A stretch of DNA of 61,433 nucleotides, counting the filler, from an uncultured bacterium (GTDB lineage Bacteria; Hinthialibacterota; Hinthialibacteria; Hinthialibacterales; Hinthialibacteraceae), in assembly GCA_964449065.1 (NCBI GenBank). It is 5 parts of 5 records of this genome, joined end to end, with 100 filler letters (N's around TTAATTAATTAA, not from the genome) between each part and the next. Parts side by side here need not be neighbours in the genome. Positions count along the whole stretch, not along the records: positions 24,829 to 36,979 come from CAYVAZ010000149.1; positions 37,080 to 49,210 come from CAYVAZ010000150.1; 3 more parts are not named here. The stretch is one strand, 5' to 3'. Below, in pieces: positions 27,278-37,210 of this stretch. The first letter of the stretch is position 1. Each line of letters opens with the position of its first letter. Made by a program: the position numbers and the translations under genes. The notes beneath the pieces were generated by a model. That model was not told where the DNA came from. It was given only the letters and a program-made list of their open reading frames with translations, and did no database searches.

Positions 27278-28261
27278 TCAATTTTCTCTTTCCCACGATG
27301 TAATTTCCTCCAACTCGGGGGTGGAGGATGCTGTGACCGCGGGTTGATGTGATCCGATATGCTGCTGTTCCCGTAGGAGGAAGCCCGCGCCGATTAAGAG
27401 GACGATTCCGGAGAGCCATTGATAGGTGTTTAGGCGTTCGCCGAAGATCCAATACGATCCTGTTGTTGTCAGAAACGGTGTAATCAACGCGAAGCCGCTG
27501 CAGATTGCTACACCGATATGTTTCAGCGCGTAGTAGTAAAACACATGCCCCAACGCGATACCAATAATGGATGATACCGCTAAGACACCCAAGCGGTCTG
27601 GAGTCATCTCAAACACCCGTGCCGGTTCGCCCACCATGAACATGATCACAAACAAAATGGCTGAAGTGTAAAAGCAGATCACCGGAAACGAGACCCAGGG
27701 ATCAATGCCGCTCATAAAATAGCGGATGGATATGCTATATGCCGCAATGAAAACCGCGTGTGCTGTAATAATGAGAATGCCCAACGTGCTGAATGATATC
27801 CGCCAATCGCTTTTAAACCAACAGAGACTAATGAATCCGGCTAAGCAGAGAACGAGCCCTACCCAGAATAAGAATCGAGTGGCTAGCACCCGCTCATCCA
27901 CAAAGACGATGAACGATCCAGCCAACGCGAACACAATCGATATCCGTCCCAAAAACATCATCATTCCCGGTTCGAGGTAATAGGGGGCCAATGCTAAAAA
28001 GGTTTGCGCGAAGACATTGATGATCACCGGGATAATGGCCAACTTAAACACCCGCAAATCAACTTTGCCTTTGCGGTACAGCATCAGAAATGGAACGATC
28101 CACAATAGGGCAGAGAACGGGTAGCGCGTTCCGTTTGCCGTCCAGGCGTCGATTTCATGAATAAAAGAACGCAGAAAGAGGGGAACCGTGCTCCATAACA
28201 ACATCGCAGTCGCGAGAGAGAGCAGGGCGGGGATGTGCAGTTGTTTGACCGGATGACTCAT
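27278..28261 (-). CDS. DMT/EamA family transporter
   Basis: About ten TMs in two repeats, YYYALKHIG and IFGERL; alternative start at 28288. Confidence 0.88.
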   Translation of the reverse strand: MSHPVKQLHIPALLSLATAMLLWSTVPLFLRSFIHEIDAWTANGTRYPFSALLWIVPFLMLYRKGKVDLRVFKLAIIPVIINVFAQTFLALAPYYLEPGMMMFLGRISIVFALAGSFIVFVDERVLATRFLFWVGLVLCLAGFISLCWFKSDWRISFSTLGILIITAHAVFIAAYSISIRYFMSGIDPWVSFPVICFYTSAILFVIMFMVGEPARVFEMTPDRLGVLAVSSIIGIALGHVFYYYALKHIGVAICSGFALITPFLTTTGSYWIFGERLNTYQWLSGIVLLIGAGFLLREQQHIGSHQPAVTASSTPELEEITSWEREN

Positions 28262-28337
28262 ACATTCCCAATCGTGAATCGGATCCATTCATTCTAACTT
28301 GTCAGACCGGAATGCGAATGTTCGGTTCGTAAATCCA

Positions 28338-29240
28338 TTAGCGGAATTCGAAGAATCCGATCCGCTCTAAATCCGTGCGCAGCGAATTTTTTTGGTCTTG
28401 TGTTAATGAGAGGGAAGGCGGACGCAGGGGGCCGCAGTCAATGCCGGAAAGTTCCATAAGCGATTTTAAGGCGGGGAAGCCGCCGTATTGCTGAATGATT
28501 TGCATCATGCGGGTAATTTTGGTTTGCTGAGACAAGGCTTCATCGAAGTGACCTTCTTTTTGTGCGTGCAGCATTTTGTGATAGACCGGTGCGGCGAAGT
28601 TGTAGGTGCTGCCTACCGCGGCTTTCACTCCCATTGCGGCCGCGCCCAACAGCATTTCATCCACACCGAAAAAGACGGTAAAATCTCCGTTTCCTGCCAA
28701 TAAACAACCGTGGACATCCAGCAGATAGGGGTGGCTGTACTTTACGCCGGCCAAATTGGGGATTTGTTTGGACGCGGTTTGCAGATAATCGGTCATCGAA
28801 AATGAAACGCCGGTAAATGAAGGGATGTGATAGTAATAAAAGGGTAAATCCGGGCCGTGAGACGCGATGATCTGTGTCGTGCGGATGAGTTCTTCCAACT
28901 TGGTGGATTTAAAATAGTAAGGCGGCAAGGCGGCAAATCCGTCCACGCCCAAACCGCTTGCGTGTTCGGTTATGTCTTTGCAATCCAAAAACGAGTTGCA
29001 TCCCACATGCACAATGATTTGCAGCGAATCGCCGATGGCCTCTTTCCATTTCTCCATCAACTGCTTGCGTTCTTGGATGGTAAGGGAGGCGAATTCGCCG
29101 GTGGTGCCGTTGATAAACACGCCCGCGAGTTGATCCTGTTTATAGCGTTCGGCCATCGCTTCGATTTTATCCCAATCGATGGAATAGTCTTCATTAAAGG
29201 GGGTGAAAGGCGCTGCATAGATGCCGGTTACTGGTGTCAT
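28338..29240 (-). CDS. nanA: DapA/NanA family aldolase, probably N-acetylneuraminate lyase
   Basis: TPF, NGTTGE, YYYHIPSFTG, Schiff-base GVKYS, GVDEMLL and AVGSTYN. Confidence 0.75.
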   Translation of the reverse strand: MTPVTGIYAAPFTPFNEDYSIDWDKIEAMAERYKQDQLAGVFINGTTGEFASLTIQERKQLMEKWKEAIGDSLQIIVHVGCNSFLDCKDITEHASGLGVDGFAALPPYYFKSTKLEELIRTTQIIASHGPDLPFYYYHIPSFTGVSFSMTDYLQTASKQIPNLAGVKYSHPYLLDVHGCLLAGNGDFTVFFGVDEMLLGAAAMGVKAAVGSTYNFAAPVYHKMLHAQKEGHFDEALSQQTKITRMMQIIQQYGGFPALKSLMELSGIDCGPLRPPSLSLTQDQKNSLRTDLERIGFFEFR

Positions 29241-29308
29241 TGATTATCCTACGGATCGTTTTTTTAATTTGGAATGTTATTAGACAATATAATGCTGTTT
29301 CACAATGG

Positions 29309-29569
29309 TTATTGATTTCGGTCTTCACGGATTATATCCGTACTGGCAACGGTCTGAGTCGGCATGCCTTCAGCCAATTTGTCGGCTTCTTGAATAAACG
29401 TGTCTAACAACTGTTGTTGTTGTTCATGGTTAAGGGGTTTCTCTTCAGAATAATCCAAAGACTTTTTTATTTGAAGCCCATATTCATTGGTCAGTTCTTT
29501 TAAATTGTGAAGAAATTCCGGATGAATGGTTGTCTTCTCGGTTTGTAAATGTATCGTGATTTCTGTCAT
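29309..29569 (-). CDS. Orphan VapB-like antitoxin
   Basis: GGAG RBS; C-terminal STDIIREDR resembles the antitoxin tail at 36623 (CVDLLREDR). Confidence 0.55.
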   Translation of the reverse strand: MTEITIHLQTEKTTIHPEFLHNLKELTNEYGLQIKKSLDYSEEKPLNHEQQQQLLDTFIQEADKLAEGMPTQTVASTDIIREDRNQ

Positions 29570-29788
29570 CGTATTTCTCCAAATTGAATACGAGTCATAT
29601 CCTTTAGTGTGTTTCTATTTTGAATTTTATCATAGATATACAAATGCAAATAGTACGAGTAAACTTCGGCACGGGCTTCTTTAAATATTGGTTGTTAATG
29701 ATTGCGGTTTTGATTGTTCAGAGGCATAGTAGTAATATAATCATCTAGTTTGAATTGGCTGTATTTTCGGCTTTGGAGAATTTGGTTT

Positions 29789-31378
29789 ATGGAAGGCTCG
29801 ATCTATTCGCTACTCCCGCCGGTTACTGCAATCGTTATTTGTATTCTTTTCAGGCAGGCCATCGTTGCGTTATTTATTGGTGTGGTTGTCGGCGCGGCCC
29901 TGCTTTCCGGTTTGAATCCAATGGCTATCGCTCAGACGACGTTTGTTGATATTATGGGTTCGACCGTGCAAGACCGTGATAACATCGTGAATTTGTGTTT
30001 TACCACGATTATCGGCGGTGTGGTGGGCATTTTAAACTACAGTCCTTCGTCTATGCGGCTGCTGAATCATATCGGTACCTTTTTGCACAACCGTGCCCGC
30101 ACCTGTGTAGTCATCTGGTTTAGCGGGCTCTTATTTTTCATCGATGATTATGCCAATTCGCTTATCATCGGGAACACCTACCGCAAAGTGGCAGACCGGT
30201 TTTATATTTCCCGTGAAAAACTGGCGTTTATTGTCGATACCACTTCCGCGCCGATCGCTTCGCTTGCTTTGGTTTCGACTTGGATCGGTTTTGAGATTTC
30301 CGTAATCGGTGACGCGTTAGAAGCATCCAATGTGGATACGTATACCGGGTACGGTTTGTTTCTGACTTCAATTCCCTACCGCTTTTATCCACTGCTGGCC
30401 ATCTTTTTCTGCTTGATGGTTTGTTGGATGCAGAAGGATTACGGCGCAATGCTGCGCGCGGAACAGCGGGTAATATCCGATCCGGTTTCGATTCCGGAAA
30501 CGGGAAAAAAGGCGAAAGAGGAATCGGAAGAGGAAGAAAAACCGCCGTTTCGTCCGGTGGAATGGCTGATCCTGGTTCCGCTTGCGGTGTTAATCGTGGT
30601 GTCGATTTCGTACATGTTTTTGAGTGGAATAATGAGTGGCGCGGACATCCGCACCGCTTCTATCCTGTATATGATGATTGACACACTTTCAAACGCGGAT
30701 GCTTTTATGGCGTTGTTGGTGGCCGCCATCACAGCGAGTATTGTATCGTTTATTATCCATACGCTTCTGATTAAAGAGTCCTCTGCCTCCGTGATTGTGA
30801 ATTGGTTGAAGGGTTGCCGAACCATGCTGATCATCGATGTGATCCTCATCCTGGCGTGGAGCATCGGGGATGTGTGCGGACATCTGGAAACCGGAGAGTA
30901 TGTAGCCACACTGTTTCATGCCGGGTTTGATCCGCACTTTCTCCCCTTGCTGACGTTTTTATGCGCGGCGGGAATCAGTTTCGCGACCGGAACCAGCTAC
31001 GGCACCATGTCGATCCTCATGCCGGTCGCTGTGCCGGTTGTTGTCGCGATGGGGATGGATGATCCCGCTATTATGTACGGCACGGTAGGCAGTGTATTGG
31101 GCGGCGCGATCTTTGGCGACCATTGCTCTCCACTCTCGGATACCACAATCCTTTCATCGGGAGCCAGCGGGTGCGAGGTGACGGCGCATGTGAATACGCA
31201 GTTGCCCTATGCCTTGACCGTCGCGTTTGTGTCTTCTGTATGCTTGTTGATGGTTCCTCTTAAAACTGTGTCAACATGGATTATACTGCCGGCAGGAATG
31301 GTGGTATTGGCCTTGTTTTTATATTGGTATGGCAGACGTCCGTTGGTGAATGAAGAGACCGCGGATTTGTTTGAATGA
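29789..31378 (+). CDS. Na+/H+ antiporter NhaC family protein
   Basis: YSLLPP, FIDDYAN, SREKLAFIVD, FATGTSYGT and FGDHCSPLSDTT. Confidence 0.9.
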   Translation: MEGSIYSLLPPVTAIVICILFRQAIVALFIGVVVGAALLSGLNPMAIAQTTFVDIMGSTVQDRDNIVNLCFTTIIGGVVGILNYSPSSMRLLNHIGTFLHNRARTCVVIWFSGLLFFIDDYANSLIIGNTYRKVADRFYISREKLAFIVDTTSAPIASLALVSTWIGFEISVIGDALEASNVDTYTGYGLFLTSIPYRFYPLLAIFFCLMVCWMQKDYGAMLRAEQRVISDPVSIPETGKKAKEESEEEEKPPFRPVEWLILVPLAVLIVVSISYMFLSGIMSGADIRTASILYMMIDTLSNADAFMALLVAAITASIVSFIIHTLLIKESSASVIVNWLKGCRTMLIIDVILILAWSIGDVCGHLETGEYVATLFHAGFDPHFLPLLTFLCAAGISFATGTSYGTMSILMPVAVPVVVAMGMDDPAIMYGTVGSVLGGAIFGDHCSPLSDTTILSSGASGCEVTAHVNTQLPYALTVAFVSSVCLLMVPLKTVSTWIILPAGMVVLALFLYWYGRRPLVNEETADLFE

Positions 31379-31548
31379 ATGATATGACGCAAAGGAAAAT
31401 GGTTTATGTTTTTAGAGTTTGTTGGCTGATTATTGAAAAAGACATGTTTAGAGCATTTGGGGAAAATACCCAAGCCCAAAATGACAGAGCATATTTTGGA
31501 GGGCGAGGCTCCTGCCGAGCCAGAAGCACGCTTACATTCCACATGCAA

Positions 31549-31625
31549 TTAGGATAGTTAATTTAGCGCGGCGATACGCCTCAGCGAAAGAAAGACTTCG
31601 CGCCGTTCTTCCCTGATAATCCTAA
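31549..31625. mobile_element. 77-bp MITE-like core, copy 2
   Basis: TTAGGATAGT...ATAATCCTAA; homologous to 11403-11479. Confidence 0.7.
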
Positions 31626-31824
31626 ATAACATCGGTATAAGTATCTTTCAATCAATGGTATTGTCTCCAATGGTATTTTCCTCAATGCCATTGAACCTAC
31701 TCCATTTTTTTACGGAGAGAGATGACATGCTTCTTTGTTGTAACCCACCCTATCATCCTATTTAAAATCCGCATAACATAATCCTTTCACTCAACGTGAA
31801 TTTATACGATGCGGCGAGGGTGTT

Positions 31825-33186
31825 ATGCAGGAATCCATCATCAACTTTTTTGATACCATAGGTGGCTATGTGTGGGGTGCGCCGATGCTTATCCTTCTGG
31901 TTGGCACCGGCATCTATCTAACCATCGCGCTGAAAGGGATTCAGTTCCGCGGATTGGTCTATTCGTTAAAACTCGCCTTTTGGGAACGCAAGGAAAAAGA
32001 TTCCGTCGAAGGCGATATCTCTCACTTTCAAGCTCTCATGACCGCGCTGGCAGCGACCGTCGGGACGGGAAACATCGCCGGAGTGGCCACCGCAATCGCC
32101 CTCGGAGGACCGGGTGCCCTCTTTTGGATGTGGATAACCGGACTCTTCGGCATGGCCACCAAATACGCCGAAGCGGTACTTGCCGTGAAGTACCGCGAGA
32201 CCAACGAATACGGCGAAATGAGCGGCGGCCCGATGTATTACATTTCCAACGGACTCGGCTGGAAATGGCTGGGTGCGCTGTTCTCGATCTTCGCCGCTGT
32301 GGCTGCGTTTGGTATCGGAAATATGGTACAATCCAACTCCGTGGCCGATGTAGTGAATTCGGAATTCGGTGTCCCGAAACTGGCGACCGGAATCATCATG
32401 GCGGTCGCAACCGCCTGCGTCATTCTGGGCGGAATCAAATCAATCTCCCGTGTCACGCAGTTCTTGGTTCCGGTAATGATTGTGGTCTACATGGTGGGCG
32501 CGTCCATAATCCTATTAACAAACATTACAGAAATCCCGGGGGTAATTCAGTTGGTGTTTACGCATGCCTTCACCCCGACCGCGGCCAGCGGTGGATTTGC
32601 CGGAGCAATGGTTCTGGAAACCATCCGCTGGGGGGTGGCACGCGGCGTGTTCTCCAACGAAAGCGGGTTGGGTAGTTCTCCTATTGCGGCGGCGGCAGCG
32701 AAGACCAAAAACCCCGTGCGGCAGGGGTTGGTATCGATGACACAAACCTTCATCGATACCCTAATCGTCTGCTCGTTCACCGGATTCGTCATCATCCTCT
32801 CTGGCGTTTGGTCGGAACGCACCAGCGAAGAAGCAGCTTCGATGACCTCGCTTGCTTTCTCCGAAGGTGTTTTAGGAGAAGCAGGCGGCATGATTGTTGC
32901 CATCACACTGATGTTCTTCGCGTACTCAACCATCCTGGGTTGGAGCTATTACGGCGAAAAATCGCTGGGCTATTTGTTTGGTTCCATCATCGCTGTTCCA
33001 TACCGGATCGTGTTCTGCCTGTTCGTATTCACAGGGGCGGTGGTGAAGTTAGATTTAGTCTGGAGCGTGGCGGATGTCTTCAACGGCCTTATGGCAGTCC
33101 CCAACCTCATCGGCCTTCTGTTCCTCTCCAGAGTACTGATGCGGGAAACCAACCGATTCTATTACAACAGAGAAGACGGAAAATAG
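31825..33186 (+). CDS. Sodium:alanine/glycine symporter (AGCS family)
   Basis: [43 protein letters not shown] and IDTLIVC. Confidence 0.96.
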   Translation: MQESIINFFDTIGGYVWGAPMLILLVGTGIYLTIALKGIQFRGLVYSLKLAFWERKEKDSVEGDISHFQALMTALAATVGTGNIAGVATAIALGGPGALFWMWITGLFGMATKYAEAVLAVKYRETNEYGEMSGGPMYYISNGLGWKWLGALFSIFAAVAAFGIGNMVQSNSVADVVNSEFGVPKLATGIIMAVATACVILGGIKSISRVTQFLVPVMIVVYMVGASIILLTNITEIPGVIQLVFTHAFTPTAASGGFAGAMVLETIRWGVARGVFSNESGLGSSPIAAAAAKTKNPVRQGLVSMTQTFIDTLIVCSFTGFVIILSGVWSERTSEEAASMTSLAFSEGVLGEAGGMIVAITLMFFAYSTILGWSYYGEKSLGYLFGSIIAVPYRIVFCLFVFTGAVVKLDLVWSVADVFNGLMAVPNLIGLLFLSRVLMRETNRFYYNREDGK

Positions 33187-33404
33187 TGCTAGATACGCAT
33201 CCAATCGACCTTCCGCTATGCAAATCCTTCGGAAGGCTGCTTCAATATCCTGCAAGAAGGTGATACGGAAATCATAGAACGAAACGGACACACCGCTTTA
33301 AAGATGGAGGTTGATCTGGAATTCTTAAAAAACAGGATTCACAAAGTTTGGAACTTACACATGTAGTGCTATGCTTAGACATCTCTTAATAAACCGGGTA
33401 ACGC

Positions 33405-34583
33405 ATGCACTGGAATTCACAAAAAAAGTGGTGGCTGTTTGATGACCCCCGTTCGTACGGTGCCCGTCAGTTGATGCTGGGAGCCGCGGAAGGTCTGCGC
33501 CGCAACGGCAAGCTGGTTCATTTGCATCCGCTGGATCCCAACGATCCCTTCGCCGATCAAAAACTCAAACAGAGTATTGTGGATTTTGAGCCGGACGCCA
33601 TCCTGCTCGCCAATCATCCCTCCACTCTCTTTTTTCAAAACATTCAAATGCGGCCCCCTCCGTGCCATCACTTTATATGGGTATTTGACGACCCCTTCAT
33701 GATGGGAGACGAACCGTATGCAGTGAACGATATCGTATGGATTGCCGATCCCTCGTTTGCGATTGGAGCGCGGCATCGCGGTGCTTCGCAAATACATTTT
33801 GTACCTGTCGCCGCACCATGTGACATCCATGCGCGAATAAAGCCTGAATACGAAGTCCCTCTCCTCTATGTCGGCGCCACGTTCCGCATGGCCCAAGCGC
33901 GTGAACAAATGGGAAAACAAGTAGAAGCATATCTCGATGAAATCATCAATTTAAAATTGGCAAATCCAGAAAACACGTTCCAATCCTTGCTTGATACGCA
34001 CTTATTGGGCGGCACCGCAAAAGTACAATGGTCGGGACAGTTAGCCTACTATTTGTATACCGAAGTCAATCGCAAACACCGGTTGAATTATTTATCTGTG
34101 TTAGCGGATCAAAGTCTAAATCTATACGGCAACGAGGCCTGGAAGATCGAAATCGAAGGAACACCGCTAGCCTCTTGCTTTAAAGGCACTCTTGATCCTC
34201 TGCGGGAATATCCTAACGCCATTCGATCGGCTGAAATCAACATCAATCTAAGAAGCATGCAGGGAATCTCCGCCCCCGTGCAGCGCGATTTCTTAATGCC
34301 CGCTGCCGGAGGATTCATGCTTTCTTCTCATCAAGTACAATCCGGTATGGATTGGAAGAAATGGGATTCTTCAAACCGGTTTAAATTGGATGAATTTGAA
34401 TGGTCGCCATCGTTTCAATCCAAAGATGAAATGCTGGACCGGATCAAAGAATATCAACCGGACGAAAAGAAGCGCCGCGAATGGATTGACCGTACGCGTC
34501 AATCCATTCAAAATCACCACACATTCGCGCACCGCATCGAACAGGTGGGAAGGTGGATGAATGAAGCAGGAAACGAAGAATGA
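33405..34583 (+). CDS. CgeB/YkvP-like glycosyltransferase
   Basis: WVFDDP, AEININL, RDF...AAGGFMLS and NHHTFAHRI C-terminal pattern. Confidence 0.7.
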   Translation: MHWNSQKKWWLFDDPRSYGARQLMLGAAEGLRRNGKLVHLHPLDPNDPFADQKLKQSIVDFEPDAILLANHPSTLFFQNIQMRPPPCHHFIWVFDDPFMMGDEPYAVNDIVWIADPSFAIGARHRGASQIHFVPVAAPCDIHARIKPEYEVPLLYVGATFRMAQAREQMGKQVEAYLDEIINLKLANPENTFQSLLDTHLLGGTAKVQWSGQLAYYLYTEVNRKHRLNYLSVLADQSLNLYGNEAWKIEIEGTPLASCFKGTLDPLREYPNAIRSAEININLRSMQGISAPVQRDFLMPAAGGFMLSSHQVQSGMDWKKWDSSNRFKLDEFEWSPSFQSKDEMLDRIKEYQPDEKKRREWIDRTRQSIQNHHTFAHRIEQVGRWMNEAGNEE

Positions 34584-35431
34584 TGAATAACAACCCAACG
34601 CCAACGGTAGCGGTTTTGCAATTCCCCGGATCGAACAGCGAAAACGAAGCCCTGCGCGCGCTCCGTTTTGCCGGCTTACATGCGGAAACCTTCCGCTGGA
34701 ACCGCCCCGCACAGGAATTGCATGAGTATGATGCCTATCTTGTTCCCGGCGGATTTTCTTACGAAGACCGCATCCGCGCCGGTGTCATCGCCGCCAAAGA
34801 GCCGCTGCTGGAGCAACTCGCGAACGAAGCCGATAGCGGCAAACCCGTGCTTGGAATCTGCAATGGCGCGCAAGTATTGTTGGAAGCAGGGCTTCTCCCT
34901 GGTTTGGAGCCGGGAAAAGTACAAATGGCTCTGGCACACAATTATATGAAACGCGAAGGCCATGTCGTTCGCAGCGGCCATCATTGTAGTTGGGTCAATA
35001 TCCGATTTGACGGACAGTCAGAACGCACACCGTTTACCCAATCTCTGCAAAAAGAACAAATCCTGCCAATGGTTGTTTCGCATGGAGAAGGCCGCTTCAT
35101 CAGTTCGGATGAATCCGTTTTAAATACGTTAGAAGAACAAACTCTTATTCTGTGGCGCTATTGTGACGTAAATGGAAACACCGATTCAAATTTCCCTGTC
35201 AATCCAAACGGATCATACTCAAACATCGCGGGAATATGCAATCCAAAAGGGAACGTCACAGCACTGATGCCTCATCCGGAACGCTCTTGCTTTCTGCGGA
35301 TGGTGCCCTCAGCCTGGCCGGGAGAATGGGGTACAAAACGTCGGTCGATCAATCAAGAATCTTCACAATTTAATGCACCCGGTCCTGGGTATGCTTTGTT
35401 CGCGTCCCTAGCGGACTATTTGCGCAGGTAA
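34580..35431 (+). CDS. purQ: Phosphoribosylformylglycinamidine synthase glutaminase subunit
   Basis: FPGSN, PGGFSYED, GICNGAQ, SHGEG, NPNGS and MPHPER. Confidence 0.95.
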   Translation: MMNNNPTPTVAVLQFPGSNSENEALRALRFAGLHAETFRWNRPAQELHEYDAYLVPGGFSYEDRIRAGVIAAKEPLLEQLANEADSGKPVLGICNGAQVLLEAGLLPGLEPGKVQMALAHNYMKREGHVVRSGHHCSWVNIRFDGQSERTPFTQSLQKEQILPMVVSHGEGRFISSDESVLNTLEEQTLILWRYCDVNGNTDSNFPVNPNGSYSNIAGICNPKGNVTALMPHPERSCFLRMVPSAWPGEWGTKRRSINQESSQFNAPGPGYALFASLADYLRR

Positions 35432-35682
35432 CTGGTTAGACAGTTACACTCGAAAATACAAATAGAAATTTGTATGAGAATAGTCCAATACCGGAACTCA
35501 CTAAAACCGCCAAATTCACCTCATAACATTCGCAGATAAAAATCCTCCATTTCATTCAAACTATGGCTTTGCCGGAGGTGGATGACTCATGGTATTTCTC
35601 TCTAAATTTTGGTTCTATCAATGATGAAACATTGTACAATTTAAATTATCCATTGTGATAGATTACGCACCGGGAGACCGCA

Positions 35683-35964
35683 ATGAAAAAGTTATTGATT
35701 ATTACTCTTGTTTTGATGATATCGGTATCCACCTATTCCGACGATGATGAAATTGTGCTCATCGTCCGTGCAGACGACATGGGTGCTGCCCATGCTATGA
35801 ACGTAGCTAGCATTCAAGTCTGCAAAGAGGGTATCGCCCGCTCGGTTGAAATCATGGTGCCCACTCCCTGGTACGCCGAAGCGGTCAAGATGCTCAAAGA
35901 ACACCCCGGTATCGATGTCGGTATCCATCTTACCCTCACCAGCGTCGGCTTGCTGACTTGCTGA
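35683..35964 (+). pseudogene. Truncated YdjC/ChbG family deacetylase (N-terminal fragment)
   Basis: Signal peptide, LIVRADDMG and [10 protein letters not shown]; similarity ends near 35944. Confidence 0.8.
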
Positions 35965-36182
35965 ATGACATTCGCCATCGTATACGTCTTCCCGCTGCCG
36001 GTTATGCCCACAAGCGTTTGATATTTATGATTATCATTCACGCCCCGAACCAGCGATTCAATCGCCGAAGGCTGGTCGCCGGTAGGTTGATAATCCGCCA
36101 CCAATTCAAAAGGGATATCTTTTACCCCCTGACTGCGCCGCTCAAAACTCTCATTTATTGCTTTAATCTTGTTGATTTGCAT
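35936..36182 (-). pseudogene. uvrB: Truncated uvrB (first ~82 codons)
   Basis: [14 protein letters not shown]...[19 protein letters not shown]...KPTLV, breaking off before the expected HNKTLAAQL. Confidence 0.88.
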
Positions 36183-36191
36183 AGAAACTCT

Positions 36192-36626
36192 TTAATGGAT
36201 ATTTTTAGAATTTGAATCGAAATCTTCAATCCACATAACTGATGGGGAGTATTTCGAATTGTCAACTTTATGATAAAAGGTTTTATCCGCGGTGACTAAC
36301 GGATGTTGAGTATGAATTGCAGTTGCAAGATAAATGCAATCATAAACGGGATGATCAAGAGTAGCAGCGATTTGTAATGAGTCACGGAATATTGTAGTTG
36401 TTAAAATAAAAGATGAAATTGCATCTTTTATATCGAGTAAGCACTGATCGATTAAAGATATATTTATTTCACCTTTTCTGTATTTTTTCCAGATCACATT
36501 GGCAGCTTCAACTAAAATAAAGTCAGGAGCAATTAAAGATTCTTCTGCAATCCGTTCTGCTATTTCAGAAAAGGTTTCTTGAAAAGTCCATTTTATCGCA
36601 ATATTTGCATCAATTATATAAATCAT
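36192..36626 (-). CDS. vapC: VapC family PIN toxin
   Basis: YIIDANIAIKW, EAANVIWKK, HPVYDCIYLA and LVTAD. Confidence 0.9.
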   Translation of the reverse strand: MIYIIDANIAIKWTFQETFSEIAERIAEESLIAPDFILVEAANVIWKKYRKGEINISLIDQCLLDIKDAISSFILTTTIFRDSLQIAATLDHPVYDCIYLATAIHTQHPLVTADKTFYHKVDNSKYSPSVMWIEDFDSNSKNIH

Positions 36627-36862
36627 CGGTCACGGTCTTCCCGAAGCAAATCAACACAGTCAGTTTTTTGCAAATGGGCGGTTTCTTCGCGTATCTTCCG
36701 TAAATTTTGCAATGCCTTTTTCTTTTTTGAATTCGATTCAGGAAGGTGGGTCTGTAACAAACGAACCACTTGTTGTTCGATGGTAATTCCGCTTTCTCTC
36801 GCGGAATGCTCTAACCTTTCGTAGAGTGATTGCTCTATATCTTTTAGCAATATTTGACTCAT
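36623..36862 (-). CDS. FitA/VapB-like antitoxin
   Basis: GGAG RBS, MSQILLKDIEQSLYERL (RHH-like), LLREDRDR and ATGA overlap with vapC. Confidence 0.8.
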   Translation of the reverse strand: MSQILLKDIEQSLYERLEHSARESGITIEQQVVRLLQTHLPESNSKKKKALQNLRKIREETAHLQKTDCVDLLREDRDR

Positions 36863-36944
36863 GGTATATCTCCGCAATTTTTAAATCTATAATTTCTTAT
36901 GATATTGATATTCTTTTGATGAACATTATACGTCAGGAGAACGC

Positions 36945-36979
36945 AATGAAAAAGATAATACTGTTAACTCTTGTCTTGA
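36945..36979 (+). CDS. Partial CDS at the contig end; start resembles the ydjC-like gene at 35683
   Basis: GGAGAACGCAATGAAAAAGATAATA... versus GGAGACCGCAATGAAAAAGTTATTG... Confidence 0.5.
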
Positions 36980-37079
36980 NNNNNNNNNNNNNNNNNNNNN
37001 NNNNNNNNNNNNNNNNNNNNNNNTTAATTAATTAANNNNNNNNNNNNNNNNNNNNNNNNNNNNNNNNNNNNNNNNNNNN
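36980..37079. other. Artificial contig linker
   Basis: Same 100-nt spacer. Confidence 0.99.
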
Positions 37080-37186
37080 TCTTGCCGCGCGGATGAGCCA
37101 AACAAAATAATCCGCTTGGGGTGAACGGCCTCCACGATTTTATGCACCGCATCCATTAATGGTTGTTGTTCAACCTGCGTTGTCAT
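37080..37186 (-). CDS. Partial minimal nucleotidyltransferase (MNT), cut by the contig edge
   Basis: MTTQVEQQPLMDAVHKIVEAVHPKRIILFGSSARQ contains the ILFGSxAR motif. Confidence 0.7.
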
Positions 37187-37210
37187 CTGTCAACCCGCAT
37201 TTTTATGAGA

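Noticed and set aside
31705..31824. Glycine riboswitch upstream of the AGCS symporter
   Set aside because: Only a GGAGAGA word is present; the CCGAAG and CTCTCAGG core elements are not found.
31872..32675. 267-aa alternative-frame ORF inside the symporter gene
   Set aside because: It is an Arg-rich shadow frame of a GC3-rich gene with no recognisable motif.
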